A stretch of 64,000 bases of DNA from a virus: the IMG/VR virus record IMGVR_UViG_3300027970_000001, positions 32,001-96,000 of that record. One strand, given 5' to 3'. Of this stretch, positions 46,803-56,216 are shown one piece after another. Positions within the stretch are counted from its first letter, which is position 1. Every line of letters begins with the position of its first letter. A program made the position numbers and the translations under genes. Below the pieces are notes generated by a model, which saw only the letters and a program-made list of their open reading frames with translations, made no database searches and was not told the DNA's origin.

Positions 46803-47149
46803 TCAGTCGACCTTCACTGCGCCAGCGGCGATGGGGTCGAAGCCTTGGGGCCAGACGGTTTTGTCGTTCCACTCCGCGCCCTTCAGGTTGGCCCCGGTCA
46901 GGTCGGCATTGCGAAGGTCGGCATCGATCTCCCCGCCTGGAACATCTCACGCATCGCCCCCCGCGACGCTGACGCTTCCTCGGACGCCTGAGCGTAGGAC
47001 GCTTCTTCGATTTCTCGCCACGGCTCATCGATGCCGATGGTGTTGAAGATGACGCTCAATGTATCGAGCACCACCCACGGCTGCTTCTCACCGTAGAGCT
47101 TCTGGATGTACTTGAGACGGTCGATGGGCGGGTTCTGGGTCAGCATCAC
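46803..47149 (-). pseudogene. Frameshifted ORF: paralogue-family leader (46898-47149) + pentapeptide-repeat C-terminus (46803-46946)
   Basis: MMLTQNPPIDRLKYI in frame 1; ADLRNADLTGANLKGAEWNDKTVWPQGFDP in a start-less frame; one extra G at the 46931-46934 run would join them. Confidence 0.6.
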
Positions 47150-48018
47150 TCGCCCTCCGTCTCAAACTTGGCGCCCTTCGGCATCTTTACCGGGAACGGG
47201 CTTTCTTTTGGCAGAAGTCCAGGGAACGCCTGCTCTAGCGCAACGCTGGAGGTGCCGTGGTACTCGATCTGAGCGGCTGGGTCGGCGCCTGCCGAGTAGA
47301 CGACGCGCTCAACCACGTTGCCATCGCTGGTCACATCGTCGAGCGTCCAGACCTGCCATCCAGCACCTTCCAAGCGCTCGATGTCGGCCTCCGCGTCATC
47401 GTCGTCGGGAGGGTACACAACCTCGTACCACCAGGGCTTGACGGCAGTGACCTGAACCACGCGGTCAAGATCGAAATCGTCCATGAACCTGGTCTGATCG
47501 ACGAGAATCATCAGGACGCGAGATGGAATCTTGCCCGATGACACCCAGTCCGAGATGACGCTGTCCGGCTCGATCCCGGCCTCGCCGGCGTACAACTCCA
47601 CTGCTTTCATCGGGAAGTTGCCCATCCGCTCGAACAGGAAGTCCGACGGGTGGTCCCCGACGCCAAGCTCGCTCATGAAGTCGTCGTTTTGCTCCATCGC
47701 GAGCAAGTCAGCGAACGTCTTGCCTTCCGACAGGCTCTTTGCCACGCCCCGGCGAAAGCCATCGTCCTTGAAGGTGTAGCCAGCCTGGATCATGGCATCG
47801 GCGTCCGGCAGAGGCACCAGCCCCCGCACATCGAGCGCGACGACCACAGGGTAGCCCTTGTTGGCGAGGTGATCCCACGTCGCAATCGCGTAGGCAGCCG
47901 CAATCTGCTTGTCGGTCGTCGTGTGAACCCCGGAGAAATACTCCTCGGGGAGTCCGAACTTCTTTTGCGGCTGGTGAAAGCTCTGCGGTGGCTTGGCCAG
48001 CAACGGGTTGCGACGCAT
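47146..48018 (-). CDS. ART-fold-like protein
   Basis: Starts MRRNP; GVHTTTDKQIAAAYA...YPVVVALDV; later YHGTS; TAAGCT 7 nt before ATG. Confidence 0.45.
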   Translation of the reverse strand: MRRNPLLAKPPQSFHQPQKKFGLPEEYFSGVHTTTDKQIAAAYAIATWDHLANKGYPVVVALDVRGLVPLPDADAMIQAGYTFKDDGFRRGVAKSLSEGKTFADLLAMEQNDDFMSELGVGDHPSDFLFERMGNFPMKAVELYAGEAGIEPDSVISDWVSSGKIPSRVLMILVDQTRFMDDFDLDRVVQVTAVKPWWYEVVYPPDDDDAEADIERLEGAGWQVWTLDDVTSDGNVVERVVYSAGADPAAQIEYHGTSSVALEQAFPGLLPKESPFPVKMPKGAKFETEGE

Positions 48019-48061
48019 GCCGCGGAGCTTACAACGGCAAGGGCCCGGAGCCAAGGCAAGA

Positions 48062-48098
48062 AGCCCAGCGGCGCGCACCGGAGGGGCGCCGTTGGGCT
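48062..48098 (-). terminator. 13-bp hairpin downstream of the histone-like gene
   Basis: AGCCCAGCGGCGC / GCGCCGTTGGGCT with one G-U pair. Confidence 0.45.
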
Positions 48099-48117
48099 CC
48101 GTGACGGTCGGGCAGAC

Positions 48118-48441
48118 TCAGCGGCGCGAGGTCTTGCGCTTCGAGGTCTTCTTACGCTTCGACGACATCAGGCTCGATTCGAGCCGGCCACGACGCTCGG
48201 GAGCGGACTTCTTCGAGGTGCGCTTCTTCGAGGCAACCTTCTTGGAGGTGGCCTTCTTGGAGGTGCGCTTCTTGGAGGTGGCCTTCTTGGAGGTGCGCTT
48301 CTTCGAGGTCTTGCGCTTGGAAGCCCGCTCTGCCTTGCGCGAGGCGGCCTCCGCGAGCTGATCAACGCGAGCGAATAGACGCATCAGTTCCTGCATGCGA
48401 GAGATCAAGCTATCTTTCGAGGGCAACTTCTTCTTTGCCAC
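48118..48441 (-). CDS. Histone-H1/protamine-like basic protein
   Basis: (K/R/A)TSKK pentamer repeats encoded by 15-bp repeats; GGAG SD before GTG. Confidence 0.75.
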   Translation of the reverse strand: MAKKKLPSKDSLISRMQELMRLFARVDQLAEAASRKAERASKRKTSKKRTSKKATSKKRTSKKATSKKVASKKRTSKKSAPERRGRLESSLMSSKRKKTSKRKTSRR

Positions 48442-48525
48442 CGTCTTGCTCCATTCAAGGCGTCCGCAAGATGCGGCGCTCGGAGGCCCACCGTATCACA
48501 AAAGAGTCACGCATCAAACTCGGGG

Positions 48526-49026
48526 TCACACGATGAGCGCGTGCTGCGACCAGAAGTCCCTGGCCTCGGCCACGCCTTCCCAGTTCGGGATGGTCGTGTC
48601 CCCGGGTTCCCTCGGAGAGGCGGCTCCACCGTAGGCCGTGTAGAGGACCAAGCCCTCGTGGCCTCCTGTCGGACCGGCAAACACCGTCACCATGCGGACG
48701 CGCGGCTTGTCCCTGGAGTCCTTGAACACTCGGCTGGCGCACTTCCGGTTTCCACGGATGATGTACTTGACCTCCGACTCGTCCACGGGCGGCTCTCCCA
48801 CGGACGGGCCGACGAGCGCGCTCTCCACGGTGCCAAGCTCAGGCGGGAGCATCAGGGTCTCGATGAAGAACGAGTTGCGGTCTGCCACCTGCCCAAGCAC
48901 CCATTCAAGCTGCTCGGCGGTGAGCCCGTGGTCCACGTGACTCTCGGGGATGACCTTCACAGGATTCATGGCAAGGTGACGTCGCCTGCTGGATTTCCTG
49001 TCAGGCCGCTTGCTGGTGCGCTTCAT
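48526..49026 (-). CDS. Hypothetical protein with N-terminal RTS tag
   Basis: MKRTSKRPDRKSSRRRHLAMNP then a globular domain (SHVDHGLT...). Confidence 0.6.
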   Translation of the reverse strand: MKRTSKRPDRKSSRRRHLAMNPVKVIPESHVDHGLTAEQLEWVLGQVADRNSFFIETLMLPPELGTVESALVGPSVGEPPVDESEVKYIIRGNRKCASRVFKDSRDKPRVRMVTVFAGPTGGHEGLVLYTAYGGAASPREPGDTTIPNWEGVAEARDFWSQHALIV

Positions 49027-49122
49027 CCCGCAAGATTGCTCCGCCTCAAGAGGACGGTCAACGCTCTCGTTGACTTCCTCCGCGGCGGTGATTACATCCG
49101 ACACACCAGCCAGGAGATCCCG

Positions 49123-49746
49123 TTGAGCGAGAACAAGAACCAGGCGCCCCGACGCAAAAAGAAGATCGGGGCCCGCCTGCCCGGACTGCGCCTGCCCAAG
49201 TGGGCATCCGAAGTCGAGACCGACACCTACAAGCGTTTGCGAGCGGCCGTCGCTGCTGCTGGAAACGAGAAGACTTGGTTGGACGCAGCATCGGAGCTTG
49301 CCCGCTATGCCAGGGACAACTTCGGCATGGATGCGGCGGACGCGCTGTGGACCGCGCTTTGGAACTACAACGCGACCCTTCCCGGTGCCAACGCCGCAGT
49401 CGTGACGTGCCCCAACTGCGGCAACCGAGACATGGATCTGATGCTCGTGGAGCGCGTCGAGATTCGCCACGCCAAGCTCACTCGCGCTGTCCGAGAGGAG
49501 AGCAAGCCAACCCAGGGCGTGTTCCAAAACTTCTTCAAGGACATCGAGCCGAAATACCCCGACTCGGCCCCCGTGACCAAGGGCGTCATCTGGCCCGAGG
49601 GATGCCGGCACCAGGAGCTTCGAGTCCGCTGCGCCGTCTGCGATGAGGCATGGGAAGGGCTCGACGAGGTCGACTTCGACCCCGGCTACAGCGGCAGCCC
49701 AGACCCGATGGAACCGAGGGCCACGCCCAAGACGATGCTGAACTAG
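49123..49746 (+). CDS. Hypothetical zinc-binding protein
   Basis: AGGAG SD before TTG; CPNC and CAVC. Confidence 0.55.
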   Translation: MSENKNQAPRRKKKIGARLPGLRLPKWASEVETDTYKRLRAAVAAAGNEKTWLDAASELARYARDNFGMDAADALWTALWNYNATLPGANAAVVTCPNCGNRDMDLMLVERVEIRHAKLTRAVREESKPTQGVFQNFFKDIEPKYPDSAPVTKGVIWPEGCRHQELRVRCAVCDEAWEGLDEVDFDPGYSGSPDPMEPRATPKTMLN

Positions 49747-51288
49747 CTATTGACCGAAGTTGATGCCCTCCCAGGGGCGCTCTGCGTCCTCCCCGAACTC
49801 TGTCTTGTACCTCGGGGCATCCATGATGACGAAGGTCTTCATGTCCTCCATCAGCACGCCAGGCACGATGAACACCCGTGCCTCGACGCTGCTGGTGCGG
49901 GACGCCTTTGGGATCTTCCAGCGCAGCCCCACCACGCACGGCTCCAGGTCGTACTCGCCCGTATCCAAGTTGTACGGCGCGTCGTACGGCCTGAAGTCGC
50001 TCTGGTCGCCGTCAATGACTTCAAGGCCGAGGAACTCCTTCGGCAGGCCCGTCCAGGTCTCCTTGCGGCGTCCAGCCATCGCCGCGCTCACGGGCCACGT
50101 CCTCTTGTCGTCGCTCTCCGGGTAAGGGGGCGTCTGAGGCACCCTGCTCTTAGTCCACTTGGAGTAGCCGACCATGGCAAACGTCACCGCCACGCGGCGA
50201 TGATTGCTTACCACCTCGTGGTTGAGGCGCTTCAGGTTCGCGGGCGTGCCGCGATAGCTGAAGGTGAGGTCGTAGTTGCTGGTGCCGTAGCTCTTTGTCT
50301 TTGGATTCCAGGGGTTGCGAGATGCGACCTTGGTGTAGTCGTAGAACCTCACCCCCGGGAAGGACTGGACGGTCCCAGGAGAGAGCAGGGCCCAAGGGAT
50401 GTCCGAGTAGACATTGAGCCGCACAAACGGGATGACACCGCTGTCGTTGCACTGCTTCTCGAAGGTCGCGATGTTCTCGACCAGCATCCGCAGGAACGCG
50501 TGGTTCTCAAAGAAGAACGACTGCGTCAGCGCGTACTTCTTGATGGTGTTGTAGCGGTCGTTGAAGTTCTGCCCGCTGAACACGAGGCACGCCTTTCTAC
50601 ACTCCGGCGTTGATGCGAAGCAGGTGGTGGTCCTCTTGTAGCCGGCAAACCTTGCGTCGATGTCGTTGGCGCGCTTGATCCCATAGTCCGGTGCTCGGCG
50701 GATAGTCTTCTTGACGTCTTGGTCTTCCTTGTCGAGTCGCCAGGACTGCGCCGGGAGCAGGCTCAGGCCGGTGGTCGCGCTCGGAGGCAGACCGGGCCTT
50801 GGGCCGCCGGCCAGCTTGTAGTTCTGGCCGAAGAAGCTCTCCGTCATGTCTTTTGGAGTTCTGTACGCTCCGATTTTAGTGACGCACTCGTCGAGCCCAC
50901 GCGTGCTCTTGTGGAGCCTCTGCGTCGGGAACATGTCGACCAGCCTTCGGTGAGCCTCGGTGAGGCTCATTTTCATCACTTCCTTGTACGGGATGGGATC
51001 GAGGCGCAAGACCTTGAGGGCCCACTCGGGGTCTTTGAAGACGTCGACAGGACCTTCGTCCTTTTCTTCCGCCTCCCTGCCGCCGACGACCGGCAAGGAC
51101 CGCTTGGCGTTGGCGGCCATCGGCATCGGGGCTTCGGCGTCCTTGATCAAGTCGTCGGAGCCGTCGTACCAGATCTTGGCTCGCGGCATCAGCTCCGAGG
51201 CTCGCTCCACAGCCCCGACGTATGAATCCGCAACTTCGACCACCACCCCGTCCTGGTCGATGATCGCGAACTTGTACCCGTAATCCAT
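49747..51288 (-). CDS. GP88-like phage protein with N-terminal extension
   Basis: CFASTPECRKACL..SG, VRLNVYSDIPW, FYDYTK, YDLTFS. Confidence 0.75.
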   Translation of the reverse strand: MDYGYKFAIIDQDGVVVEVADSYVGAVERASELMPRAKIWYDGSDDLIKDAEAPMPMAANAKRSLPVVGGREAEEKDEGPVDVFKDPEWALKVLRLDPIPYKEVMKMSLTEAHRRLVDMFPTQRLHKSTRGLDECVTKIGAYRTPKDMTESFFGQNYKLAGGPRPGLPPSATTGLSLLPAQSWRLDKEDQDVKKTIRRAPDYGIKRANDIDARFAGYKRTTTCFASTPECRKACLVFSGQNFNDRYNTIKKYALTQSFFFENHAFLRMLVENIATFEKQCNDSGVIPFVRLNVYSDIPWALLSPGTVQSFPGVRFYDYTKVASRNPWNPKTKSYGTSNYDLTFSYRGTPANLKRLNHEVVSNHRRVAVTFAMVGYSKWTKSRVPQTPPYPESDDKRTWPVSAAMAGRRKETWTGLPKEFLGLEVIDGDQSDFRPYDAPYNLDTGEYDLEPCVVGLRWKIPKASRTSSVEARVFIVPGVLMEDMKTFVIMDAPRYKTEFGEDAERPWEGINFGQ

Positions 51289-51307
51289 GGGCGCCAGCCT
51301 AGCACGA

Positions 51308-51389
51308 TGCCGAGGGAGGGAGTCGAACCCTCACGTCCGATGGACACGCCGTCCTAAGCGGCGCGTGTCTGCCATTCCACCACCCCGGC
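51308..51389 (-). tRNA. trnL: tRNA-Leu(TAG)
   Basis: 82-nt cloverleaf GCCGGGG...CCTCGGC-A; anticodon stem CGCCG/CGGCG with loop CT-TAG-GA; long variable arm; GGTTCGACTCC T-arm; no encoded CCA. Confidence 0.95.
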
Positions 51390-51393
51390 CGCT

Positions 51394-51762
51394 TCACATA
51401 CCAACGGGAACGAGCTTGGTTCCGCGCGCAACGCGGTGAGCCTCAGCCCAACCACGCGGGACTTCAAGCACAAATCGGTATGGACCGCCGGGCTCGATGC
51501 TGCGGTGGCTCATCGGCACCCCCTGCCTCACCGACACCACACGCCACATGGCGTCGATGAAGATGATGTCCAGAGGCAGGGGCGTGTCCTTCATCCAGAA
51601 CGCGCCTGAGGCGGCACTCGGGAAGGCGAACAGCATCCCGGTACCGGCGGGCAGCGAGCGGACGCCCATGAGGCCCTGGGCAATCTCGTCGGGCGTCGAG
51701 GCGACGCAGACGCGCACCGAGCCTGCCCCCGGCACCATCACAGACGGCGGCGTGTAGCTCAT
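51394..51762 (-). CDS. DUF192-family protein
   Basis: QGLMG...GMLFAF...FWMKDTPLPLDIIFID...VLEV. Confidence 0.85.
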   Translation of the reverse strand: MSYTPPSVMVPGAGSVRVCVASTPDEIAQGLMGVRSLPAGTGMLFAFPSAASGAFWMKDTPLPLDIIFIDAMWRVVSVRQGVPMSHRSIEPGGPYRFVLEVPRGWAEAHRVARGTKLVPVGM

Positions 51763-53216
51763 CGTCGGCTCAGCGGCTTGTACGGCTCATCGAACGAGCG
51801 GTTCGGCGTGAAGCGGCGCCGGCTGTTCTTGGCAAGCTCTCTGGCCGCGTCGAAGTCGTTCACGCTTGTTGGGTTGACGCCGATGTCGGTGAAGACTTGC
51901 TTCCAGAAGGTCACCTCTTCGGGGAACTTGAAGTTCGTACCGGATTCGTGCTTGCTGGCGTAGCCTGGGGTGCGGTTGGTTGCGCCCTTGATCTGCTTGA
52001 TGGCCTGGCCTCGGTCGAAACGTGCCAGCTCAGCCGGCGTTGTACCCAGGCGCTCCAGCTCCGCGCGACTTCGTGGCTCCTCGACCACGCTGTAGAACGA
52101 CGAGTCTACCTCAAGCGTGAAGCGAGGCTTGTCGTTTCTGTCTCGCAAGCTCCAAATCTCAATCCTGCCGTCGACCACGGCCTTGATGTAGCCCATGCCT
52201 TTGTCGCCTACGCAGTGCTTCATGCGCGTGCCCTCGGCCCGCAGGTCCGAGGAGCGCAGCTTGATGAGCCGCCAGGGCGCCTGCTCGATGAGGACGCCCT
52301 TGGTCACGCCCATCTGCCGAAGCTCGTCGGCGGAGAAGGTGGCGATCTCTTCTCGATCGATGCTTCCGCCGCCTTCGATGGCCTTGTAGTAGTCGCGGAT
52401 TTTCTCGACGACTTCCGAGCGGTCTTCGTCGTCGTCGGCCTCCGACCACGACGCGGCTAGCTCGATGAGATCATCCCTGGTCGGGGGCGTCAAGGTCAGC
52501 TTGCTCCTGAGCTGCTCCTTTTCGTCTTGAGCCACGATCTCGACGGCTGAGCTGATGAAGCTTCGGATTGCCTCGTCAGGGTCGCGCTTGATCAACTCAC
52601 GCAGGTAGTCCTTGATGATGTCGTGGCAGAACTCCTCAAAATCATTTTCTTTCGCCACGATTGAGACGGATTGGTACCCGTCAGTATGTCCGCCCTGCTC
52701 CTGGATGACGCTGGTGCCTTCTGACCAGTCGATGCTGACGCCGATATTTTCGTAGAACTCCTCGGCATACGAGGCCGGCACCATTCCACAGTTCTCAAAG
52801 AGTTGGCTCTCGTCGAGCCATACGCTCTCGCGTGGAGTGAAGCTCCACTCAAACCCGTATCCTGCCCGTCGCAGTCCCCCGTCGGATTTGAACTCGAAGA
52901 TTCCGGCCTCGCCCCGACGCCGCTGATTCATCCGAGCCTGGTATGCCAGCGCCTCCTTCACGCTGTCCTCGGGGACGTGGCTTAGGTCGGGACTGCTCTG
53001 CTCCATCACCTCATCGAAAAAGTTCGAGTCGTATCGGACGATGTCTTCGATCGAATACTCCTCGGTTTCGCAATGGAGTTGGTCCAGGTCCAGCCTTGGC
53101 GCGAACTCTTCGATCTTGCTCTCGATGTCCTCGCGTAGCTCTTCGTCGCCCGCGGCAAGAGCCGCCTCAACCTGATCTCTTGAAGTGGCATCGCTCAGCA
53201 GCATCACATCCTCCAT
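51759..53216 (-). CDS. Acidic protein with C-terminal PcfJ-like domain
   Basis: AEGTRMKHCVG...IWSLRDRNDKPRFTLEV...QIKG; ends LAKNSRRRFTPNRS. Confidence 0.7.
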   Translation of the reverse strand: MEDVMLLSDATSRDQVEAALAAGDEELREDIESKIEEFAPRLDLDQLHCETEEYSIEDIVRYDSNFFDEVMEQSSPDLSHVPEDSVKEALAYQARMNQRRRGEAGIFEFKSDGGLRRAGYGFEWSFTPRESVWLDESQLFENCGMVPASYAEEFYENIGVSIDWSEGTSVIQEQGGHTDGYQSVSIVAKENDFEEFCHDIIKDYLRELIKRDPDEAIRSFISSAVEIVAQDEKEQLRSKLTLTPPTRDDLIELAASWSEADDDEDRSEVVEKIRDYYKAIEGGGSIDREEIATFSADELRQMGVTKGVLIEQAPWRLIKLRSSDLRAEGTRMKHCVGDKGMGYIKAVVDGRIEIWSLRDRNDKPRFTLEVDSSFYSVVEEPRSRAELERLGTTPAELARFDRGQAIKQIKGATNRTPGYASKHESGTNFKFPEEVTFWKQVFTDIGVNPTSVNDFDAARELAKNSRRRFTPNRSFDEPYKPLSRR

Positions 53217-53446
53217 TCCCAGCCGGGACCAAGCGGCAGGTTGTCATACCGGGGGTCGACAATTAACAGACCTCGGTCTAGCGGGATGAGCCTGGCCGAG
53301 TAGCGTCCGGTGAGCGTCACAAGCTCGCGTTGAACGCCAGCGGCACGGGGCTGGATGCGGAGGAAGGCGGATTCAGGGAAGCAGATCTTCCCATCCGCAT
53401 CCACCGTCTTCACGGGAGGCGCAGCGCCGAGGTACCTGTAGGTCAC
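53204..53446 (-). CDS. Hypothetical protein
   Basis: TGa-TACCAT 6 nt before GTG; overlaps the next gene. Confidence 0.5.
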   Translation of the reverse strand: MTYRYLGAAPPVKTVDADGKICFPESAFLRIQPRAAGVQRELVTLTGRYSARLIPLDRGLLIVDPRYDNLPLGPGWEWRM

Positions 53447-53804
53447 CCGGCGATGGTATCAGAATCGATCGCTTGCGCGAGCCTGTCAGTCGCCTTGACC
53501 TCGCAGGGGATGGCTGCACAATCAATCGGAGACAACTCCCGCGGGTGATCTCGTCACCCTGCATCGGAGGCCCCGACTCCACCTGCCAGGGTGGGATCGG
53601 GGCCGTCTCATTTTTGGCGGTCAGAGTCCTGCTCGACATGCCGGCAGCATGCGGGGCAAGTGGGCCTTCGTCGCTCAAATCCGAGCTTGAAGTCCGCCCA
53701 GACCGAGCAGCTCGTGAAACAGCCCCCGCGCAAAATCTGGGGCGGAGTGGCCTGCTCCTGGGTCAGGTGCCACTCCTCTCCAAGCTTGACGCATTGGTAG
53801 TCAA

Positions 53805-54059
53805 TCACGGGCCGCGCCCATCCGAGGTCGCCTGGACCGCTCTGATCATCGTGTTCGGAACGACTCGCCGCATCTTCCTGATGGGCGGCTCGCCCTCGTC
53901 ACGGAACACGTTGATCAGGGTTCCTGGCGCGACTTCGTACTCGATGGTCGCGGTGCCGTGAACGAAGTCGACCTCAAGCACATCAGCTTCGATCGGCTCA
54001 AAGAGCGGAGCGCAGTAGAGGAACTTCAACGGCGCCTCCCGCTGCCCTGGGTGAGCCAT
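53805..54059 (-). CDS. Hypothetical protein
   Basis: Co-directional small ORF. Confidence 0.45.
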   Translation of the reverse strand: MAHPGQREAPLKFLYCAPLFEPIEADVLEVDFVHGTATIEYEVAPGTLINVFRDEGEPPIRKMRRVVPNTMIRAVQATSDGRGP

Positions 54060-54304
54060 GCCGGAATCATCGGCTCCATCTTGGATTCGATGCCCAGCTC
54101 GACCAAGCGCTTTCGCTCGGCAAGCGCCTCAGCAAACGTCAGAGACGTCCGGTGGCGCTCCTGGCCATCCGGCGTTTTCCATACAATCTTCATGTCCCTC
54201 TTGTCGAACAAGCTCGCCATCGGTCGCTCCATGACTGGTCGTTGGCGTCGAGTGTGTCGCAAGTACATTGGTCGCGCAAGGGGGTCGATGGGTTGTCTTT
54301 GCAA
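54026..54304 (-). CDS. Hypothetical protein
   Basis: Co-directional small ORF. Confidence 0.4.
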   Translation of the reverse strand: MQRQPIDPLARPMYLRHTRRQRPVMERPMASLFDKRDMKIVWKTPDGQERHRTSLTFAEALAERKRLVELGIESKMEPMIPAWLTQGSGRRR

Positions 54305-54318
54305 TCGCCGCTAGGCGC

Positions 54319-55236
54319 TCAGGTCCACCAGCCGTATCGGGTGGACCACTCGGCCATGACAGCGCGCTGGGCAGAGTCGGTGCTCTGCTCGGACCAAATG
54401 GCAGCGCCATTGAAGGCTGCCGGGGGTCCGCCAAGGATTCGCTGGATGTCGCCGTTGAGCTGAGCCGCTCCGGTTCCGGGGGACGTGGTGTCGTAGGTCG
54501 CCATCGAGGGCACGAGCGTCGGGAGCAGCTTCGTCCACTCGCTGACAGACTGGTCGACGCCCTCCTGAGTGCCTGCTGTGTTGTAGAGCATCGGCGAGCC
54601 CCAGTCGGCCTTCTTGAACAGGTCCCACGCCAGCGTCGGGTGGTAGGAGGGGATGGGGTAGCTGACCATTCCCAGCGTCCGGTTGTTGCTGAGACCTGCC
54701 TTGGTGGTGGAGATGAGCGCATCGAGCGCCTCGGGGTGGCCCTTGTAGGACGCCTCGATGTCCAGCATCACGCCGCCCGCGCCAATGGCCATGCAGTAGT
54801 TCAGAGCCTGGTTGGCCGCCGCGGTGCTCTGCGCCACGCTCGCTGCCCGCGCGTCACCGGGGAAGGTCCAGACCCACAGGTCGATTTCGGGAGACAGGAC
54901 GGCCGCGTACGCCTGGATGGCCTCGATGGAGACCGTGTAGCCGTCCGACGCCTCGACCATGAACGAGACCCACTCGGCCTTGGCCTCACGGCACCGCTGA
55001 AGCAGTGCCTGCGCCGCCTCGGTGCCTCCGCTGATGCGGCGAAGGTAAAAGCCGAATCCCTGCGGGCCAATCTTCGCCTTGGGAGGTGAGGCAGTCTGAG
55101 CGTCGTACAGGGCAGAAGCCCCGATCAGCTCGCCTGGGAGTGCTGCGCACATGTCGATGGCCTCGGCCTGCGAGGCCGCCTCGACCGTGAAGGCTTCGAG
55201 CTTGGTGGAGGAGCGCAGGACGCGGTACAGGGACAT
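54319..55236 (-). CDS. Glycoside-hydrolase-like TIM barrel (GH18/GH25-like)
   Basis: GVMLDIE (DxE), WVWTFP, PMLY; TGg-TAGACT 6 nt before ATG. Confidence 0.5.
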   Translation of the reverse strand: MSLYRVLRSSTKLEAFTVEAASQAEAIDMCAALPGELIGASALYDAQTASPPKAKIGPQGFGFYLRRISGGTEAAQALLQRCREAKAEWVSFMVEASDGYTVSIEAIQAYAAVLSPEIDLWVWTFPGDARAASVAQSTAAANQALNYCMAIGAGGVMLDIEASYKGHPEALDALISTTKAGLSNNRTLGMVSYPIPSYHPTLAWDLFKKADWGSPMLYNTAGTQEGVDQSVSEWTKLLPTLVPSMATYDTTSPGTGAAQLNGDIQRILGGPPAAFNGAAIWSEQSTDSAQRAVMAEWSTRYGWWT

Positions 55237-55343
55237 TGGTCAAGTCTACCAAAGCCGCGCGGCAATGGCAGCTTGACTGACGCGTGCGCCGCTTCGAGAA
55301 GACCGCGTCACCGACGGCGGCGCGAGGTGCGCCAGTCAGGCGT

Positions 55344-56216
55344 TCATTCATCGAACCTTGGGGGAACCGGGATCGTGTTGCCTCTGATCTGGCAGTCGAC
55401 GGCAACGAGCCGGATGTCATTCGATGAGAATCGCATCTCGCACTCTTGCGGGATGTCCTCGCTCCGCGCGCCCTGCTTGATAGCCGCCTGCACGATGCTG
55501 AACTGGCTCGGCGAGAGATTCAGGTACTTCTTTGCAGAAGCGGTGAAGCCGACCAGGGGCATGCAGACGCCGCCGTCCCACCAGTCGTCCACGGCGAACG
55601 TAGACCGCAGACGGGTCTCGACAAACTGAGCCAGCTCGTACCTGCGCTCGGGAGTGTTCCAGCGCCGGTTCAGGTCATCCCGCTGCTCGTTGACCATCTG
55701 CTTCCAAGGGCCTCCGTGCGAGAGCGACTGGATGTCATCAGGGGGCTCTACGCCTAGCGTTGCGCACAGGTCGCCGAGGTCTTCCGACGCCCGATCCCAT
55801 CCATCGGCTTCGGCATCCTCCCAGTTGTTTTCCCAGATGTCGCCGGGGAATCCTGTCCATTCGAGGGTCAAGAGCAGCACGTCCGACGCATCGCCGTCTT
55901 GGGCCGCAACGAGGAGTCCGCGCATCGACGAGAACAGCCACATGGCTCGCGAGCGGCTGATCACGAAGCTGACCCATTTGCCGCTCGGATCGCTTGGCCC
56001 TCCTCCAAGCCCCACGATCCCCGTCTCAGATCGAGACTTGAGCCCCTGCTTGAATACTCGGTCGCGGTTGGTGGTGACGTGGAAGAAGCCCGCGTCGTCT
56101 TCGGGGCAGTAGTCCTCTAGCACAGTTCCCTCGACCCAGTTGTATGGGTCGAGCAGGAACGTGGCGTCGCGAGGCGGGATCGGATTGCGGCGGGGCCGGC
56201 GCGAGGTGCGCTTCAT
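55344..56216 (-). CDS. ART-fold-like protein with N-terminal RTS tag
   Basis: MKRTSRRPRRNP; FFHVTT...GLKSR...GGGP...VSF. Confidence 0.5.
   Translation of the reverse strand: MKRTSRRPRRNPIPPRDATFLLDPYNWVEGTVLEDYCPEDDAGFFHVTTNRDRVFKQGLKSRSETGIVGLGGGPSDPSGKWVSFVISRSRAMWLFSSMRGLLVAAQDGDASDVLLLTLEWTGFPGDIWENNWEDAEADGWDRASEDLGDLCATLGVEPPDDIQSLSHGGPWKQMVNEQRDDLNRRWNTPERRYELAQFVETRLRSTFAVDDWWDGGVCMPLVGFTASAKKYLNLSPSQFSIVQAAIKQGARSEDIPQECEMRFSSNDIRLVAVDCQIRGNTIPVPPRFDE

Noticed and set aside
48190-48320. 15-bp repeats as a non-coding repeat array
   Set aside because: They encode the xTSKK units of the histone-like protein.
48541-49122. N-terminal half of the 401-aa plus-strand ORF
   Set aside because: It is antisense to the tagged gene 48526-49026. 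An AGGAG-TTG start at 49123 explains the real portion.
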